NCBI GenBank assembly: GCA_963657245.1 | Contig: CAVKLJ010000002.1 | Span: 59,801 to 123,800 of the forward strand | Reading direction: 5' to 3' | Source: Lachnospiraceae bacterium | GTDB lineage: Bacteria; Bacillota_I; Bacilli_A; RFN20; CAG-826 | DNA length: 64,000 nt | Shown here: in pieces, positions 29,572 through 40,046 of the stretch | How positions within the stretch are numbered: the stretch's first letter is position 1 | Layout: each line of letters opens with the position of its first letter | Notes under the pieces: generated by a model | Seen by the model: only the letters and a program-made list of their open reading frames with translations | Databases searched by the model: none | Told to the model about the DNA's origin: nothing | Translations under genes and position numbers: made by a program

Positions 29572-30342
29572 ATGATCATCATCAAATCACCTCGAGAAAT
29601 AGAACTAATGAGAAAGGCTGGAGCCTTAACGGCAAAAGTCTTCGAAGTTGTTGGACCTCTCGTGAAGCCTGGCGTTACGACCGAATACCTTGCGAATATG
29701 GCTGAAAAAGTCATCATCGAAGGTGGTGGCGTATCAGCCGAAAAAGGCTATTGTGGTTTCCCAGGCGCCATTTGCACAAGCGTGAACGAAGTGCTTGTGC
29801 ATGGCATCCCATCTCCAAAACGTGTTCTTAGAGATGGTGACATAATTTCTCTTGATGTCGTCTCATTACTTAATGGGTATAACGGCGACGCTTGTAGAAC
29901 TTACGCTGTTGGTATTTGCCCAGAAAGCAAGCTTCGCCTAATCAAGGTTACCGAAGAATGCTTCTGGAACGCAGTGAAAAAAGTCAAAGAAGGCGCCCAT
30001 CTAGGCGATATATCTCACGAAATTCAAGTCACAGCAGAATCTAACGGATATTCTGTTCCGCTCGAGTTTACTGGGCATGGTATCGGAAGGGAGATGCATG
30101 AAGATCCTTACATTCCTGACTATGGCGAGGCCGGGACTGGACCAATTCTTCGCGCAGGTATGACTCTTGCGATCGAACCAATGGTTCTAGAAGGTTCTAA
30201 TAAGCTTAGAACTATGAAGGATGGCTGGACTACTGTTTCTAAAGACGGTAAGCCTAGCGCACATTATGAGAACACAATCCTCGTAACCAAAGATGGCTTC
30301 GAGGTATTGACTTTAGAGCAAGGAGGAAAAACCATTGAGTAA
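29572..30342 (+). CDS. map: methionine aminopeptidase type I
   Basis: Operon position and MetAP metal-ligand motifs. Confidence 0.93.
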   Translation: MIIIKSPREIELMRKAGALTAKVFEVVGPLVKPGVTTEYLANMAEKVIIEGGGVSAEKGYCGFPGAICTSVNEVLVHGIPSPKRVLRDGDIISLDVVSLLNGYNGDACRTYAVGICPESKLRLIKVTEECFWNAVKKVKEGAHLGDISHEIQVTAESNGYSVPLEFTGHGIGREMHEDPYIPDYGEAGTGPILRAGMTLAIEPMVLEGSNKLRTMKDGWTTVSKDGKPSAHYENTILVTKDGFEVLTLEQGGKTIE

Positions 30343-30556
30343 AGAAGATTGCATTGAAGTTGAAGCTAAGGTATTAGAATGCCTTCCAAACGCCAACTTT
30401 AAAGTCCAATTAACAAATGGTGCGGTCGTTCAGGCCTGCGTTTCTGGAAAAATTCGCATGAATTACATCCGAATTCTTCCGGGTGATAGAGTTACCGTCC
30501 AATTCTCTCCTTACGATTTAACACGTGGGCGCATCACATTCCGTTTTAAAAATTGA
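30335..30556 (+). CDS. infA: translation initiation factor IF-1
   Basis: [26 protein letters not shown] matches IF-1. Confidence 0.97.
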   Translation: MSKEDCIEVEAKVLECLPNANFKVQLTNGAVVQACVSGKIRMNYIRILPGDRVTVQFSPYDLTRGRITFRFKN

Positions 30557-30594
30557 CGTGGGGCTACAGTTCCCCAAAAAGGAGTTTAATAACT

Positions 30595-30708
30595 ATGAAA
30601 GTCAGACCATCCGTCAAACCGATCTGCGATAAATGCAAAATTATTCGCCGTCATGGCGTGGTTATGTGCATCTGCCCTAACCCAAAGCATAAGCAGAGAC
30701 AAGGTTAA
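30595..30708 (+). CDS. rpmJ: 50S ribosomal protein L36 (37 aa; absent from the ORF track)
   Basis: [37 protein letters not shown] with RBS GGAG. Confidence 0.95.
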   Translation: MKVRPSVKPICDKCKIIRRHGVVMCICPNPKHKQRQG

Positions 30709-30728
30709 TTTAAGGAGTATAACACAAT

Positions 30729-31103
30729 ATGGCACGTATTGATGGGGTTGATATCCCAAGTGAAAAACGCGTTGTAATCTCCCTTACCTATATCTATGGT
30801 ATCGGCAATACAACCGCAAAGAAAATCTGCAAAGATGCAGGCGTAAGCGAAGATATCCGTGTTAAGAATTTAACCGATGATCAACTCGTCGCTTTAAGAA
30901 CAGAAGTCGCCAAATATAAGACAGAAGGCGATCTTCGTCGTGAAGTCGCTTTAAATATTAAGCGTCTCACCGAAATTGGCTGCTATCGTGGCATTCGTCA
31001 TAAGAGAGGTCTTCCATGCCGTGGACAACGCACAAAGACCAATGCTCGTACCCGTAAAGGTAAGAGAAAGACAATTGCTAACAAGAAACAAGCAACTAAA
31101 TAA
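30729..31103 (+). CDS. rpsM: 30S ribosomal protein S13
   Basis: [10 protein letters not shown] matches S13. Confidence 0.97.
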   Translation: MARIDGVDIPSEKRVVISLTYIYGIGNTTAKKICKDAGVSEDIRVKNLTDDQLVALRTEVAKYKTEGDLRREVALNIKRLTEIGCYRGIRHKRGLPCRGQRTKTNARTRKGKRKTIANKKQATK

Positions 31104-31121
31104 TGAGGGAGGAGAATTAAA

Positions 31122-31523
31122 ATGGCTGCAAAGAAATCTACTAAAACTTCAGTTCGTAAGAAAAAAGTTAAGAGAAGCTTTACTGTTGGAACCGTCCACG
31201 TTCATGCCTCTTTCAACAATACCATCGTTAACATCACCGATCTTCAAGGTAATGTCATCGCATGGTCTAGCGCTGGTGCATTAGGTTACAAAGGCGCTAA
31301 AAAAGCCACTCCATTTGCCGCTCAATTAGCAGCAGAAGCCGCTGGCAAATCAGCATTTGACCAAGGTTTAAGACAAGTTAATGTTGAAGTCAAAGGCCCA
31401 GGCCCAGGCAGAGAAAGTGCTGTCAGAGCTCTCGCCAATGTCGGTTTACAAGTTTTATCCATTTCCGATACGACTCCAATTCCACACAACGGCTGCCGTC
31501 CACCAAAGAGACCACGTGGCTAG
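31122..31523 (+). CDS. rpsK: 30S ribosomal protein S11
   Basis: S11 core [14 protein letters not shown]. Confidence 0.97.
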   Translation: MAAKKSTKTSVRKKKVKRSFTVGTVHVHASFNNTIVNITDLQGNVIAWSSAGALGYKGAKKATPFAAQLAAEAAGKSAFDQGLRQVNVEVKGPGPGRESAVRALANVGLQVLSISDTTPIPHNGCRPPKRPRG

Positions 31524-31569
31524 TTTGTAGCATTCTCGGCTAATAGGGAAATATAGGAGGAAATACATA

Positions 31570-32580
31570 ATGGCTAATACTAATATCGATCAAACAAACG
31601 AAGAACTTGTTTTACCAAAGCCATTCATTCCATTCGATTTCAATGTCGAAGTAAATGATGAACAAGAACATTATGCTCGTTTTGCGATCAAACCTCTCGA
31701 GAGAGGATTCGGAATCACTCTCGGGAACGCACTCCGTAGAGTCTTAATGAGCGCCCTTCCTGGCGCCAGTGTCTATGCTGTGCAAATCGAAGGTGTTCGT
31801 CACGAATTCTCTTCTCTTCCAGGAGTTGAAGAAGACGTCACCGCTATCATTCTTAACCTCAAAGATTTAATCTTAAAAATTGATTCTGAGAATCCAAAGG
31901 AAACCAAAGAATTAGACGTTGATTTCCAAGGACCTGGTGTCTTAACGGCAGGGGATATTGTTTGCCCTTCACTCGTTGAAGTCGTTAACAAAGATCTTGA
32001 GATCGCCCATGTTGAAAAAGAAGGCCACATCAAGATGAGAATCTTTGCTGGCAAAGGAAGAGGATACTACACCGCCGATGCAAATAAGACCGAACGTAAT
32101 GTTAACCAATTAGGTTACATTGCCACCGATTCTAACTACTCACCAGTAGTTAAGGTTGCATATAGCGTTGAACCAACTCGTGTTGAGCACGATTCCCACT
32201 TCGACAAATTAACTCTCGAAGTCACAACAAATGGTTCAGTTAGACCTCATGAAGCTGTAGCTATGGCAGCTCAACTCTTAGTCGTTCACTTCCAAAAGTT
32301 TGCTGAGCTCGACGAAAAAGTCAGAAACTTCAAACTTGAAAAAGAAGAAGTCAAACCAGAAGAGAATAAATATCAAGGAATGCTTATCGAAGAACTCGAT
32401 CTTAGCGTTCGTAGCAACAACTGCCTTAAGAGAGCGGGCATCTCAACAGTCTTAGAACTCACACAAAAGAGTGAAGATGAAATGATGAAAGTTCGTAATC
32501 TTGGTAAGAAATCGCTTAAAGAAGTCAAAGAGAAGCTTGCCCAAATGGGATTACACTTCCGTGACTATGTAGGAGAATAA
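31570..32580 (+). CDS. rpoA: DNA-directed RNA polymerase subunit alpha
   Basis: N-terminal domain plus C-terminal domain (LDLSVRSNNCLKRAGI). Confidence 0.97.
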   Translation: MANTNIDQTNEELVLPKPFIPFDFNVEVNDEQEHYARFAIKPLERGFGITLGNALRRVLMSALPGASVYAVQIEGVRHEFSSLPGVEEDVTAIILNLKDLILKIDSENPKETKELDVDFQGPGVLTAGDIVCPSLVEVVNKDLEIAHVEKEGHIKMRIFAGKGRGYYTADANKTERNVNQLGYIATDSNYSPVVKVAYSVEPTRVEHDSHFDKLTLEVTTNGSVRPHEAVAMAAQLLVVHFQKFAELDEKVRNFKLEKEEVKPEENKYQGMLIEELDLSVRSNNCLKRAGISTVLELTQKSEDEMMKVRNLGKKSLKEVKEKLAQMGLHFRDYVGE

Positions 32581-32582
32581 TT

Positions 32583-32984
32583 ATGCCAGCACAAGGAAGA
32601 AAAAACGTTCATGGTAAAACAGGCGTCCGTTTCAAGGCCGCTTATACCGCTTCGAAAAACTATTCGATGCTTCGTAATGTCGTCTCTGAATTAATCGTCA
32701 ATGGCCACGTCAACGTGACCTCTGGCGTTACTCCAGAACTCGTTACACTTGCCGCTAAGATGGTTACTTATGCAAAACAAGGCGATCTCTCTGCTCGTAG
32801 AGAATGTGAGAGAGTCCTTCGCAAAGGAATCAAAGACGCAAATGGTGTCGATAGCTTGACAAAGCTCTTCAATGAAATTGGCCCTAAATTCAAAGACCGC
32901 AATGGCGGTTATACCAAAGTCTACAAACTTGGTGCCCGTAAAGGCGACAATGCTGAAGTAGAAATGGTTACATGGGCTGACTAA
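32583..32984 (+). CDS. rplQ: 50S ribosomal protein L17
   Basis: Operon position and L17 core. Confidence 0.93.
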   Translation: MPAQGRKNVHGKTGVRFKAAYTASKNYSMLRNVVSELIVNGHVNVTSGVTPELVTLAAKMVTYAKQGDLSARRECERVLRKGIKDANGVDSLTKLFNEIGPKFKDRNGGYTKVYKLGARKGDNAEVEMVTWAD

Positions 32985-33001
32985 TCCATTAAACGCTTAT
33001 T

Positions 33002-33030
33002 AGAGATCAAGGAAACTTGGTCTCTTTTTT
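33002..33030 (+). terminator. rho-independent terminator of the alpha operon
   Basis: 10-bp stem AGAGATCAAG/CTTGGTCTCT with loop GAAA, followed by TTTTTT. Confidence 0.7.
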
Positions 33031-33097
33031 CTATGAAAATGACTTATTCATTTTAGATTTTTCAATTTTTGATTTATCCTTATCTAGGTGATTATTT

Positions 33098-33748
33098 ATG
33101 AAGAATTATATTTTTGATTTAGACGGAACAACGCTTGATACGATTGAAGGAATTCGTATCGCGATAAATACTGCATTAAAGAATGTGGGATATCCTTATT
33201 CTTTTGATGTAGAAGGCACAAAGACTTTAATAGGAGAAGGAGCAGACACTCTTATCCACCGCGCATTAAAGGAAAATGATAATCCAGCTAACTTTGCCAA
33301 ACTTAAAGATGCCTATCTCCCTTTATACCACGACAAACAAGAAGATAATACCTATCTTTTCCCTGGCTTAAAGGAAACTCTAGAGAGAATGAAAAAGAAT
33401 GGCGCACGTTTATTTATTTGCACGAATAAACCTGATTCTTTTGCTAAACGTATTGTCTATAAAATGTATGGCGACGATCTTTTTGAAGAAGTTTGTGGTC
33501 AAATTGAAGGCTTGCCAGTTAAACCAGATCCAAGAATCCCTAACTATTTAATCGAAAAATACCATTTAGACCCTAAGGAAACCCTCTTTGTTGGAGACTC
33601 TAAGACCGATGTTGCAACAGCCCTAAATTCATCTCTAAGTGCGGCAATTTGCCTCTGGGGCTATGGCTTTTATACGGATGAACTGCTTGCTAAATGCAAA
33701 TACGTCCTCAAAAAGAATGAAGATTTAGAAAACACCTACCATGAATAA
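33098..33748 (+). CDS. HAD-superfamily hydrolase (phosphoglycolate phosphatase or PpaX-like)
   Basis: N-terminal DxD motif IFDLDGTTLDT. C-terminal GDSKTD. Confidence 0.6.
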   Translation: MKNYIFDLDGTTLDTIEGIRIAINTALKNVGYPYSFDVEGTKTLIGEGADTLIHRALKENDNPANFAKLKDAYLPLYHDKQEDNTYLFPGLKETLERMKKNGARLFICTNKPDSFAKRIVYKMYGDDLFEEVCGQIEGLPVKPDPRIPNYLIEKYHLDPKETLFVGDSKTDVATALNSSLSAAICLWGYGFYTDELLAKCKYVLKKNEDLENTYHE

Positions 33749-34568
33749 CATTTTCAAGAACAAAAAATTAATATCCCTAAGACTTTTGCCGCCGATATTT
33801 TTAACATTGGCAACTTTAGGATATTCTTTTGTTTATCTTGATTCCCGTTACTCAACAAGATTTAACTTTCTCCAAGCAGGAGGATATTTTGGTATAGCCT
33901 TGTTATTATTGTTCGTTGATGTTGCTTTGGAATATTTTTATAAGAGCAAGAAACCTATTTATCACGGCTTATCAATCTTTATATCCGCGGTAACTATGAC
34001 TTATTTTGGCATAGCTGCAATAACATATTTCAAACAATTAGATTCATCAGCAGAACCAAGATTTCGCATTTTCCCCTGTGTTTTGCTCTTAATTTTGCTT
34101 TTTACGAATGTTTTGTATCGTGTTTTGACTTTCTTAGGTAAATGGGACACAGAAGAAAGAAAGGGAAACGACTTATTTGCTGCATATATTGGCTTATTGG
34201 GCTTAGGAATTGCTTTTTTAAATTCTTTCCCATTCAGTGCAATATTGATTTATGGAAAGAATATTGAGCTTTCTTATATCGGGATTTTTGCAGATTTGGC
34301 TCTTGGGGTCTCGATTCTCGAAGCACTTATTGGCCTTCTTTGGCTGTCGTTTGAAAAGGTGAGATCAACAATCAAATCAAATATCATGTTTTATGTGACG
34401 ATATTTAGCTTTTTTGCCACGTTAGCCGCCTTAATCGTTGCTGCCTTTGGCTATAGTTACGAGATGATTGATCTAGTAACTGGCAATTGGTGCTTTGCAA
34501 TGTTTAGCATTTCTATTGTCTCTACGGGTGCTGGTTTATTTTACTTATCTTACCTAACAAAAAAGTAA
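33741..34568 (+). CDS. polytopic membrane protein, function unknown
   Basis: Eight or more hydrophobic helices; no recognisable motif. Confidence 0.4.
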   Translation: MNNIFKNKKLISLRLLPPIFLTLATLGYSFVYLDSRYSTRFNFLQAGGYFGIALLLLFVDVALEYFYKSKKPIYHGLSIFISAVTMTYFGIAAITYFKQLDSSAEPRFRIFPCVLLLILLFTNVLYRVLTFLGKWDTEERKGNDLFAAYIGLLGLGIAFLNSFPFSAILIYGKNIELSYIGIFADLALGVSILEALIGLLWLSFEKVRSTIKSNIMFYVTIFSFFATLAALIVAAFGYSYEMIDLVTGNWCFAMFSISIVSTGAGLFYLSYLTKK

Positions 34569-34648
34569 GGTGATAATAATAGTCATTATTATTGCTTGAA
34601 AGAAAGTGGAGGACTAAAATTTACCTACCTAGAAAGGATGGAGACTTT

Positions 34649-35995
34649 ATGCATGATTTAAAATTGTTTAATTCATTAGGTATGAAAGAAGAGACTTTCA
34701 AACCTCTTGTTGAAGGGAAGGTGTCCATCTATTGTTGCGGCCCAACAGTTTATAATGACCCACATATTGGTAATTTTCGCCCTGTTATTACCTTTGACGT
34801 TCTTAGAAGACTTTTAATTCATCTTGGATATGATGTTACTTTCGTTTCTAATTACACCGATGTTGATGACAAAATCATCAATAGAGCAAAAGAGTTAGGA
34901 ATTAGTGAGAAAGAACTAACGACAAGTGTTATCGAAGAATATCGTCGTCTAGTAACAGAGGTTGGCGCTCTTCAACCAGACATCACTCCAACTCCAACCG
35001 TATATATGCCTCAAATCATTTCCTATGTTGAAGATTTAGTAAATAATGGCTCAGCATATGTCGCCGATGGTGATGTCTATTTAAGCGTTAAAGACATTCC
35101 TCAATATGGTGAGCTTTCAGGAAACTCCGTTGAAGATTTAGAGAATGGAGCCCGTATTGCCGTAGGTGATAAAAAGAGAGACCCAGTTGATTTCGCCTTA
35201 TGGAAGAAAACCACCGAAGGTATCAAATGGAGCACGCCTTGGAGCGAAGGACGCCCAGGATGGCATACGGAGTGTTGCGTCATGATTCGCTCGATTTTCG
35301 CCGATCAAAAAGGCTATATCGATATTCATGGTGGAGGATTCGATCTTAAATTCCCTCATCATGAAAATGAAATTGCCCAAGCTAAAGCCCATGATGGTCA
35401 TAAGCTTGCCCATTTTTGGATGCATAATGGCTTTATCAACATCAACAACGAAAAGATGTCTAAATCCTTAGGCAATGTTATTTTGATGAAAGATGTTGTC
35501 AAAGAATATGGCGGCATCCCATTCAGATTGATGTTACTTGCCTCACATTACCGTGCACCTGCAGCTTTTAGTGCAGATACCATCAAAGAGGCGCAAACGA
35601 AATATAACCAAATCGAAACGGCAATGAGAAAGGTTGCCATTCTTCTTGAGAGAGCAAATATTGATATCAATGTTTTAAAACCATCAGATGAGTCTAAGTT
35701 CTTAGATGCAATTTGTGATGATTTGAATACGCCTAACGCTTTAACAGTTCTTTATGAAGAAGTTAAGACGCTAAATAGCCTTTGGCGAGTTAGAGAGATC
35801 AATTACGATGCCCTAAAAGACTCGTTTGCCAAAATAAAAACTTATTGCGAGATTTTAGGCTTAACTTTGTCTCTTCCCTTGCTAAATGAAGAAGACAAAA
35901 AACTATATGAGGAGTATGATATAGCCAAGAAAAATAAAGATTTTGCCAAATCTGATGAGATAAGACAAATTTTAGTTGCTAAAGATTTATTCTAA
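34649..35995 (+). CDS. cysS: cysteine--tRNA ligase
   Basis: HIGH motif (PHIGNFRP) and KMSKS motif. I prefer the ATG at 34649 after AAAGGA/GGAG; the ORF-track start at 34592 is a TTG. Confidence 0.93.
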   Translation: MHDLKLFNSLGMKEETFKPLVEGKVSIYCCGPTVYNDPHIGNFRPVITFDVLRRLLIHLGYDVTFVSNYTDVDDKIINRAKELGISEKELTTSVIEEYRRLVTEVGALQPDITPTPTVYMPQIISYVEDLVNNGSAYVADGDVYLSVKDIPQYGELSGNSVEDLENGARIAVGDKKRDPVDFALWKKTTEGIKWSTPWSEGRPGWHTECCVMIRSIFADQKGYIDIHGGGFDLKFPHHENEIAQAKAHDGHKLAHFWMHNGFININNEKMSKSLGNVILMKDVVKEYGGIPFRLMLLASHYRAPAAFSADTIKEAQTKYNQIETAMRKVAILLERANIDINVLKPSDESKFLDAICDDLNTPNALTVLYEEVKTLNSLWRVREINYDALKDSFAKIKTYCEILGLTLSLPLLNEEDKKLYEEYDIAKKNKDFAKSDEIRQILVAKDLF

Positions 35996-36008
35996 GGAGG
36001 AAAAATAG

Positions 36009-36773
36009 ATGATATTGGACGCAGTTCAAACATCCTCAAGTTGGAGTACTTGGGATTCAAAAATCATTGATTTTTTCAACTCGGGATTCAATGGGGCAAT
36101 ATCTCAAGAAGGCGGCAATTTAATTCTTATCGTTTTATCTTTGCTTCTTGGTGCTCTCTTTTCTGGCTTTATTGGCTTTGAAAGAGAATTCAAAGGACAT
36201 GATGCAGGACTTAGAACGCACCTTTTAGTCGGTGTTGGCTCAGACCTAGTCATGATCATCTCCATTTATGGATTTGGCAATTGGGTTGGAACACGTGACC
36301 CAGCGCGTTTAGCGGCTCAGGTTGTCACTGGCGTAGGTTTCCTTGGCGCAGGTGCTATTTTAAATAATGGCTTAGATGTCAAAGGACTTACAACAGCCGC
36401 GACTATATGGGTGGCAATGGCTATAGGCCTTGCGTGTGGCAGTGGTAATTTCATCATTGCTTCATTAGGCTTCTTCCTTGCTTTCGTTTCACTTGTCGTC
36501 CTACATAAGGTCGATAAATGGATTGCTGGAAAGAATCCAACGGTTATGATTATCTTGCCATCTGATAAACCTTCTTTGAAGGAAATTATCATGATTGCTA
36601 ATAGATATAACATTTCGATCAGGGATACTCATACGGAACTTGTCTCTTACCAAGAGAACTCCGCTATAAGAATCACTCTTCGTTGTGCTTTCGCTTCCAA
36701 AGAGACAGTTACCTCTTTTTCAGATGAGATTCGTTTCAGTCTGAAACCACTAGAATTAAAAGTAACAGCATAA
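36009..36773 (+). CDS. MgtC/SapB-family membrane protein
   Basis: LLLGALFSGFIGFEREFKGHDAGLRTHLLVGVGS matches the MgtC N-domain signature. A C-terminal ACT-like domain is present. Confidence 0.6.
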   Translation: MILDAVQTSSSWSTWDSKIIDFFNSGFNGAISQEGGNLILIVLSLLLGALFSGFIGFEREFKGHDAGLRTHLLVGVGSDLVMIISIYGFGNWVGTRDPARLAAQVVTGVGFLGAGAILNNGLDVKGLTTAATIWVAMAIGLACGSGNFIIASLGFFLAFVSLVVLHKVDKWIAGKNPTVMIILPSDKPSLKEIIMIANRYNISIRDTHTELVSYQENSAIRITLRCAFASKETVTSFSDEIRFSLKPLELKVTA

Positions 36774-36802
36774 TATTGCAAATTGACAAGGTGTTAGATA
36801 TA

Positions 36803-37525
36803 ATGAGTATACAAGTTTACGGCAAGAATGCCGTCCGAGCGACCCTTGAGGCCGATAACGCAAAAACACTTTTTACCTTAAAACGTCTTGAGAAGGATGA
36901 ACTTGTGGCGATTGCTCGGAAAAAAGGAGTGCCAGTTAAGTTCGTTAATGATGGCGACTTGACTAGCATGGCCAAGAGCTCTTCCCACCAGGGCTTTGTG
37001 GTCATAAGCGAAGGTATAAGGAACTATTCTTTAGAAGAAGTCCTTCAAAGTATTCCGAAAGACAAAAAGAATCCTTTGATAGTCATTCTTGATGGAATTG
37101 AAGATCCTCATAACCTCGGAGCCATAATTCGTACCTGCGACGCTTTTAGCGTAGACGGTATCATCATGAAGAAATACGGCGAAGTTCAACTAAATGGAAC
37201 GGTAGCCAAAGTTTCAACAGGGGCAATAAACTACGTTAAAGTAGCAGTTGTCACCAACTTAAACCAAGCAATCGAGAAACTTAAAGACAACGGTTACTGG
37301 GTTGTTTCTTCTGATGGAAGTGCCAAACAAAGTTACTTCGATATCAATTATGACTCTCCTATCGCGCTTGTGGTGGGAAGTGAAGGTTTTGGAATCTCTA
37401 AGCTTGTCCTGAAAAATTCGGATTTCATTGTTAAAATCCCGATGACTGGACATGTTAATTCTCTGAATGCATCTGTTGCTGCCGCTATTCTTATTTCCGG
37501 TGTAGTTGCTTTACGCTCGAAGTAA
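36803..37525 (+). CDS. rlmB: 23S rRNA (guanosine-2'-O)-methyltransferase RlmB (SpoU/TrmH family)
   Basis: SpoU motifs (ILDGIEDPHNLGAIIRTCDAF; GSEGFGIS). I prefer ATG 36803 over the TTG at 36776. Confidence 0.75.
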   Translation: MSIQVYGKNAVRATLEADNAKTLFTLKRLEKDELVAIARKKGVPVKFVNDGDLTSMAKSSSHQGFVVISEGIRNYSLEEVLQSIPKDKKNPLIVILDGIEDPHNLGAIIRTCDAFSVDGIIMKKYGEVQLNGTVAKVSTGAINYVKVAVVTNLNQAIEKLKDNGYWVVSSDGSAKQSYFDINYDSPIALVVGSEGFGISKLVLKNSDFIVKIPMTGHVNSLNASVAAAILISGVVALRSK

Positions 37526-37539
37526 TTATAGGGGTCTTT

Positions 37540-38136
37540 ATGAACTATGAAAACTGCTCCGACGAGAGCCTTTTGCTAATGGCTAGGAGCCAAAACGCCG
37601 ATGCGTATTACACATTGACAAAACGTTATTTCGACAAAAGAAAACTAATCTGCAATCAAGCATCTAGCGCACTTGCTAGCATGTTTGACGCCTGGGATCT
37701 GAATCACGCTTTCTACCAAGCTTACAATTCTTGCGTGAAAAGCTATACTCTCGGCGATGGTGGTAGTTTTCATTCTTATTTGGTGCGGGCACTAAAAAAC
37801 GGAATGATCAGAGAAGCCGAAAAGCTACATTTATTCCGTAACGTAAAAACAATATCTTTGGATTATGAAGTATCCGATGGAGCTACTCTTCATGACGTAA
37901 TTCCAGCAAGCGGAGAAGAAGATCCAAGAATGTATGTTAATTATCTTGAAGAAGCAAAAAGATTTTGCCAAACAAAGCAGGACATTGATGATGAAGTCCT
38001 TCAAGTTGCTAGGCTAAAAATCGACGGTTGCAAATTTACCGAAATTGCCGAGATTCTTTCCATAACCCCGAAAAAAGCCAGTAGGGACTATGAAAAGTAT
38101 GAGGAACTAGTCAAAGGCATCGTCTTCGGTGAATAG
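37540..38136 (+). CDS. divergent sigma-70 family factor at the sigH locus position
   Basis: C-terminal region-4-like HTH (FTEIAEILSITPKKASRDYEKYEELV). The context rlmB-[sigma]-rpmG-secE-nusG mirrors the Bacillus sigH locus. Confidence 0.45.
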   Translation: MNYENCSDESLLLMARSQNADAYYTLTKRYFDKRKLICNQASSALASMFDAWDLNHAFYQAYNSCVKSYTLGDGGSFHSYLVRALKNGMIREAEKLHLFRNVKTISLDYEVSDGATLHDVIPASGEEDPRMYVNYLEEAKRFCQTKQDIDDEVLQVARLKIDGCKFTEIAEILSITPKKASRDYEKYEELVKGIVFGE

Positions 38137-38187
38137 TATTTCTAAAGAAATAGTTTGCTAAGTTTGCTTCAAGGCTTTATATTAATT

Positions 38188-38216
38188 AAGCGAAGCAAGT
38201 AATCTTCGCTTTTTTC
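38188..38216 (+). terminator. rho-independent terminator
   Basis: AAGCGAAG-loop-CTTCGCTT followed by TTTTT. Confidence 0.65.
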
Positions 38217-38254
38217 TTAGTGAATAAAATCACAAAGAAAACATGAGGTTAAGA

Positions 38255-38407
38255 TGTATGGGAAGAGAAAAGATATCCTTGGTTTGCTCAGATTGTTTAT
38301 CAAGAAACTATCAAGTAACTAAGCGTAGCGATGATCCTAGACGCCTCGAAGTTAAAAAATATTGCCCTCATTGTGGAAAATACACAATCCACAAAGAAAG
38401 CAAATAG
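38255..38407 (+). CDS. rpmG: 50S ribosomal protein L33 (50 aa; absent from the ORF track)
   Basis: [50 protein letters not shown]: a Cys4 zinc ribbon at the L33 position. Confidence 0.9.
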   Translation, partial: CMGREKISLVCSDCLSRNYQVTKRSDDPRRLEVKKYCPHCGKYTIHKESK

Positions 38408-38425
38408 TTTCGAAAGGAGAAGACA

Positions 38426-38620
38426 ATGGAAAACCCAGTCAAATACATGAAAGAGGTTGTCCGTGAAGGCAAACGTGTTCGTTGGCCTAAACGCGATAAA
38501 CTTTGGCCAACAATTGCGGTTGTTGTCTGTATCGCTCTTTTTGCTGCTATCTTCCTTTCACTTGAAGATTTAGCAGCCGCAAAAATCATTGAACAATTGA
38601 AAGCAGCCTTTGGAGGATAA
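38426..38620 (+). CDS. secE: preprotein translocase subunit SecE
   Basis: Single-TM 64-aa protein (KRVRWPKRDKLWPTIAVVV) directly upstream of nusG. Confidence 0.9.
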   Translation: MENPVKYMKEVVREGKRVRWPKRDKLWPTIAVVVCIALFAAIFLSLEDLAAAKIIEQLKAAFGG

Positions 38621-38624
38621 ATAA

Positions 38625-39185
38625 ATGGCAAACGAATTAGCTGAAAAACATTGGTATATTGTTAACACCTATTCTGGTCACGAAGCAAAAACAGCTGAGA
38701 ACCTTAAGAATCGTATCAAAACAATGAACATGGAAGAATACATCTTCCGTGTCTTGGTTGCTGAATACGAAGAAAAATGCATCGATAAATCAACAGGACT
38801 TCCTAATGGAAAGGTCAAAGTCAAAAACCTTTATCCAGGATATATGTTCGTTGAAATGATCATGACAACCCAATCTTGGTTTGTCGTTCGTAACACTCCA
38901 GGAGTCACTGGTATCACCGGTTCATCCGGTGGAGGTAAGATGCCTACACCAATCTCTCGTGAAGAGATCGAACCAGTTTTAAAGAGAATGGGCCTTGTCG
39001 ATGAATCTATGTATGATCGTTACAATGTTGGTGACAACGTTAAGATCATCTCCGGGCCACTCGAAGGAACAGAAGGAAAGATCATGTCTATCGACAAAGA
39101 GACAGGTGCTTGCAGAGTCAATACCGTCTTCTTCGGACGTAGCACACCAGTTGATGTCGAGTTCTCCGAAATCGAAAAGATCTAA
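38625..39185 (+). CDS. nusG: transcription termination/antitermination factor NusG
   Basis: NGN domain (WYIVNTYSGHE) plus KOW domain. Confidence 0.95.
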   Translation: MANELAEKHWYIVNTYSGHEAKTAENLKNRIKTMNMEEYIFRVLVAEYEEKCIDKSTGLPNGKVKVKNLYPGYMFVEMIMTTQSWFVVRNTPGVTGITGSSGGGKMPTPISREEIEPVLKRMGLVDESMYDRYNVGDNVKIISGPLEGTEGKIMSIDKETGACRVNTVFFGRSTPVDVEFSEIEKI

Positions 39186-39340
39186 TCGTATCTATCACAA
39201 GAATGTAGCTGCCAATTGGTGGCTACTTTTTATTTTTAAGGATTGATAATTCGTTTCTTTTCATTGAGTATTTAGTTAAAAGGAAGCTGAAAAAAAATAA
39301 ATTGGTATGATACCATTTGTTTGTCAAGAGGATCATAAAA

Positions 39341-39823
39341 ATGGAACGAATTTTGGCTGTACCTTTATTCTTTGTTTCTTTGATGTCTTTGCGTTTATGC
39401 TCAAACGTAACAAAAAGGACGAATTTTATCGTCCCTGGTATTTTTATTGGAACTAATGAGTATGAAGATGGTACAAACAAGGAAGAATACTGCCTTAAAA
39501 TAGCGAAAATAAGCGAAGACGTTTATGCAGGTTCAAATGGGAAAAACGTTATTAAGGATGAAGTTAGGTCTGGATACTATAGCATCGTTTTCTTTAAAGT
39601 CGGTGTCAAAGATGAGCCGACTTATTTTGATTTCTTTAATTTTAAAGATGCATATAACGGTGCGACAGGAACACCAATTTGTTATGTAGATGATAATGGT
39701 TGGAGACTAGTGCCTTTTACGAATAATTATCAAGATGATGAGCAACCGACATACATGATAAGTATGACAAAAAACGAACCAAAAATATTTTCATATTGTT
39801 ATTTAAAGGAGGAAAAAGCATGA
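39341..39823 (+). CDS. secreted hypothetical protein
   Basis: Signal peptide MERILAVPLFFVSLMSLRLCS. I prefer ATG 39341 after AGAGGA over the TTG at 39317. No recognisable domain. Confidence 0.45.
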   Translation: MERILAVPLFFVSLMSLRLCSNVTKRTNFIVPGIFIGTNEYEDGTNKEEYCLKIAKISEDVYAGSNGKNVIKDEVRSGYYSIVFFKVGVKDEPTYFDFFNFKDAYNGATGTPICYVDDNGWRLVPFTNNYQDDEQPTYMISMTKNEPKIFSYCYLKEEKA

Positions 39824-40017
39824 CAAATCTGTTATTGTTCGCCAACGTTATTTCGCTTTTTGATAATGATACAGTGCTATTGAATTTTCGAAAAAATCTC
39901 TTTTAATGCTTTCTCGAATAACCCATGAGCCAACCACGGAATATGCAAAATATATTCCAACTAGGTTTCATAGGCTTTCTTATTTTTAAACATATGAAAA
40001 TTTGTTCATATTTTTTA

Positions 40018-40046
40018 TTGATATATGAATGGACATTCATTATAAT
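40018..40046 (+). promoter_or_regulatory. arsR/cadC promoter (TTGATA-17 nt-TATAAT) with an operator-like inverted repeat TGAATG-ga-CATTCA (40026-40039) in the spacer
   Basis: The consensus promoter sits 30 nt upstream of the arsR ATG. An imperfect 12-2-12-type palindrome ATATGAATGgaCATTCATTAT is typical of ArsR/SmtB operators. Confidence 0.55.
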
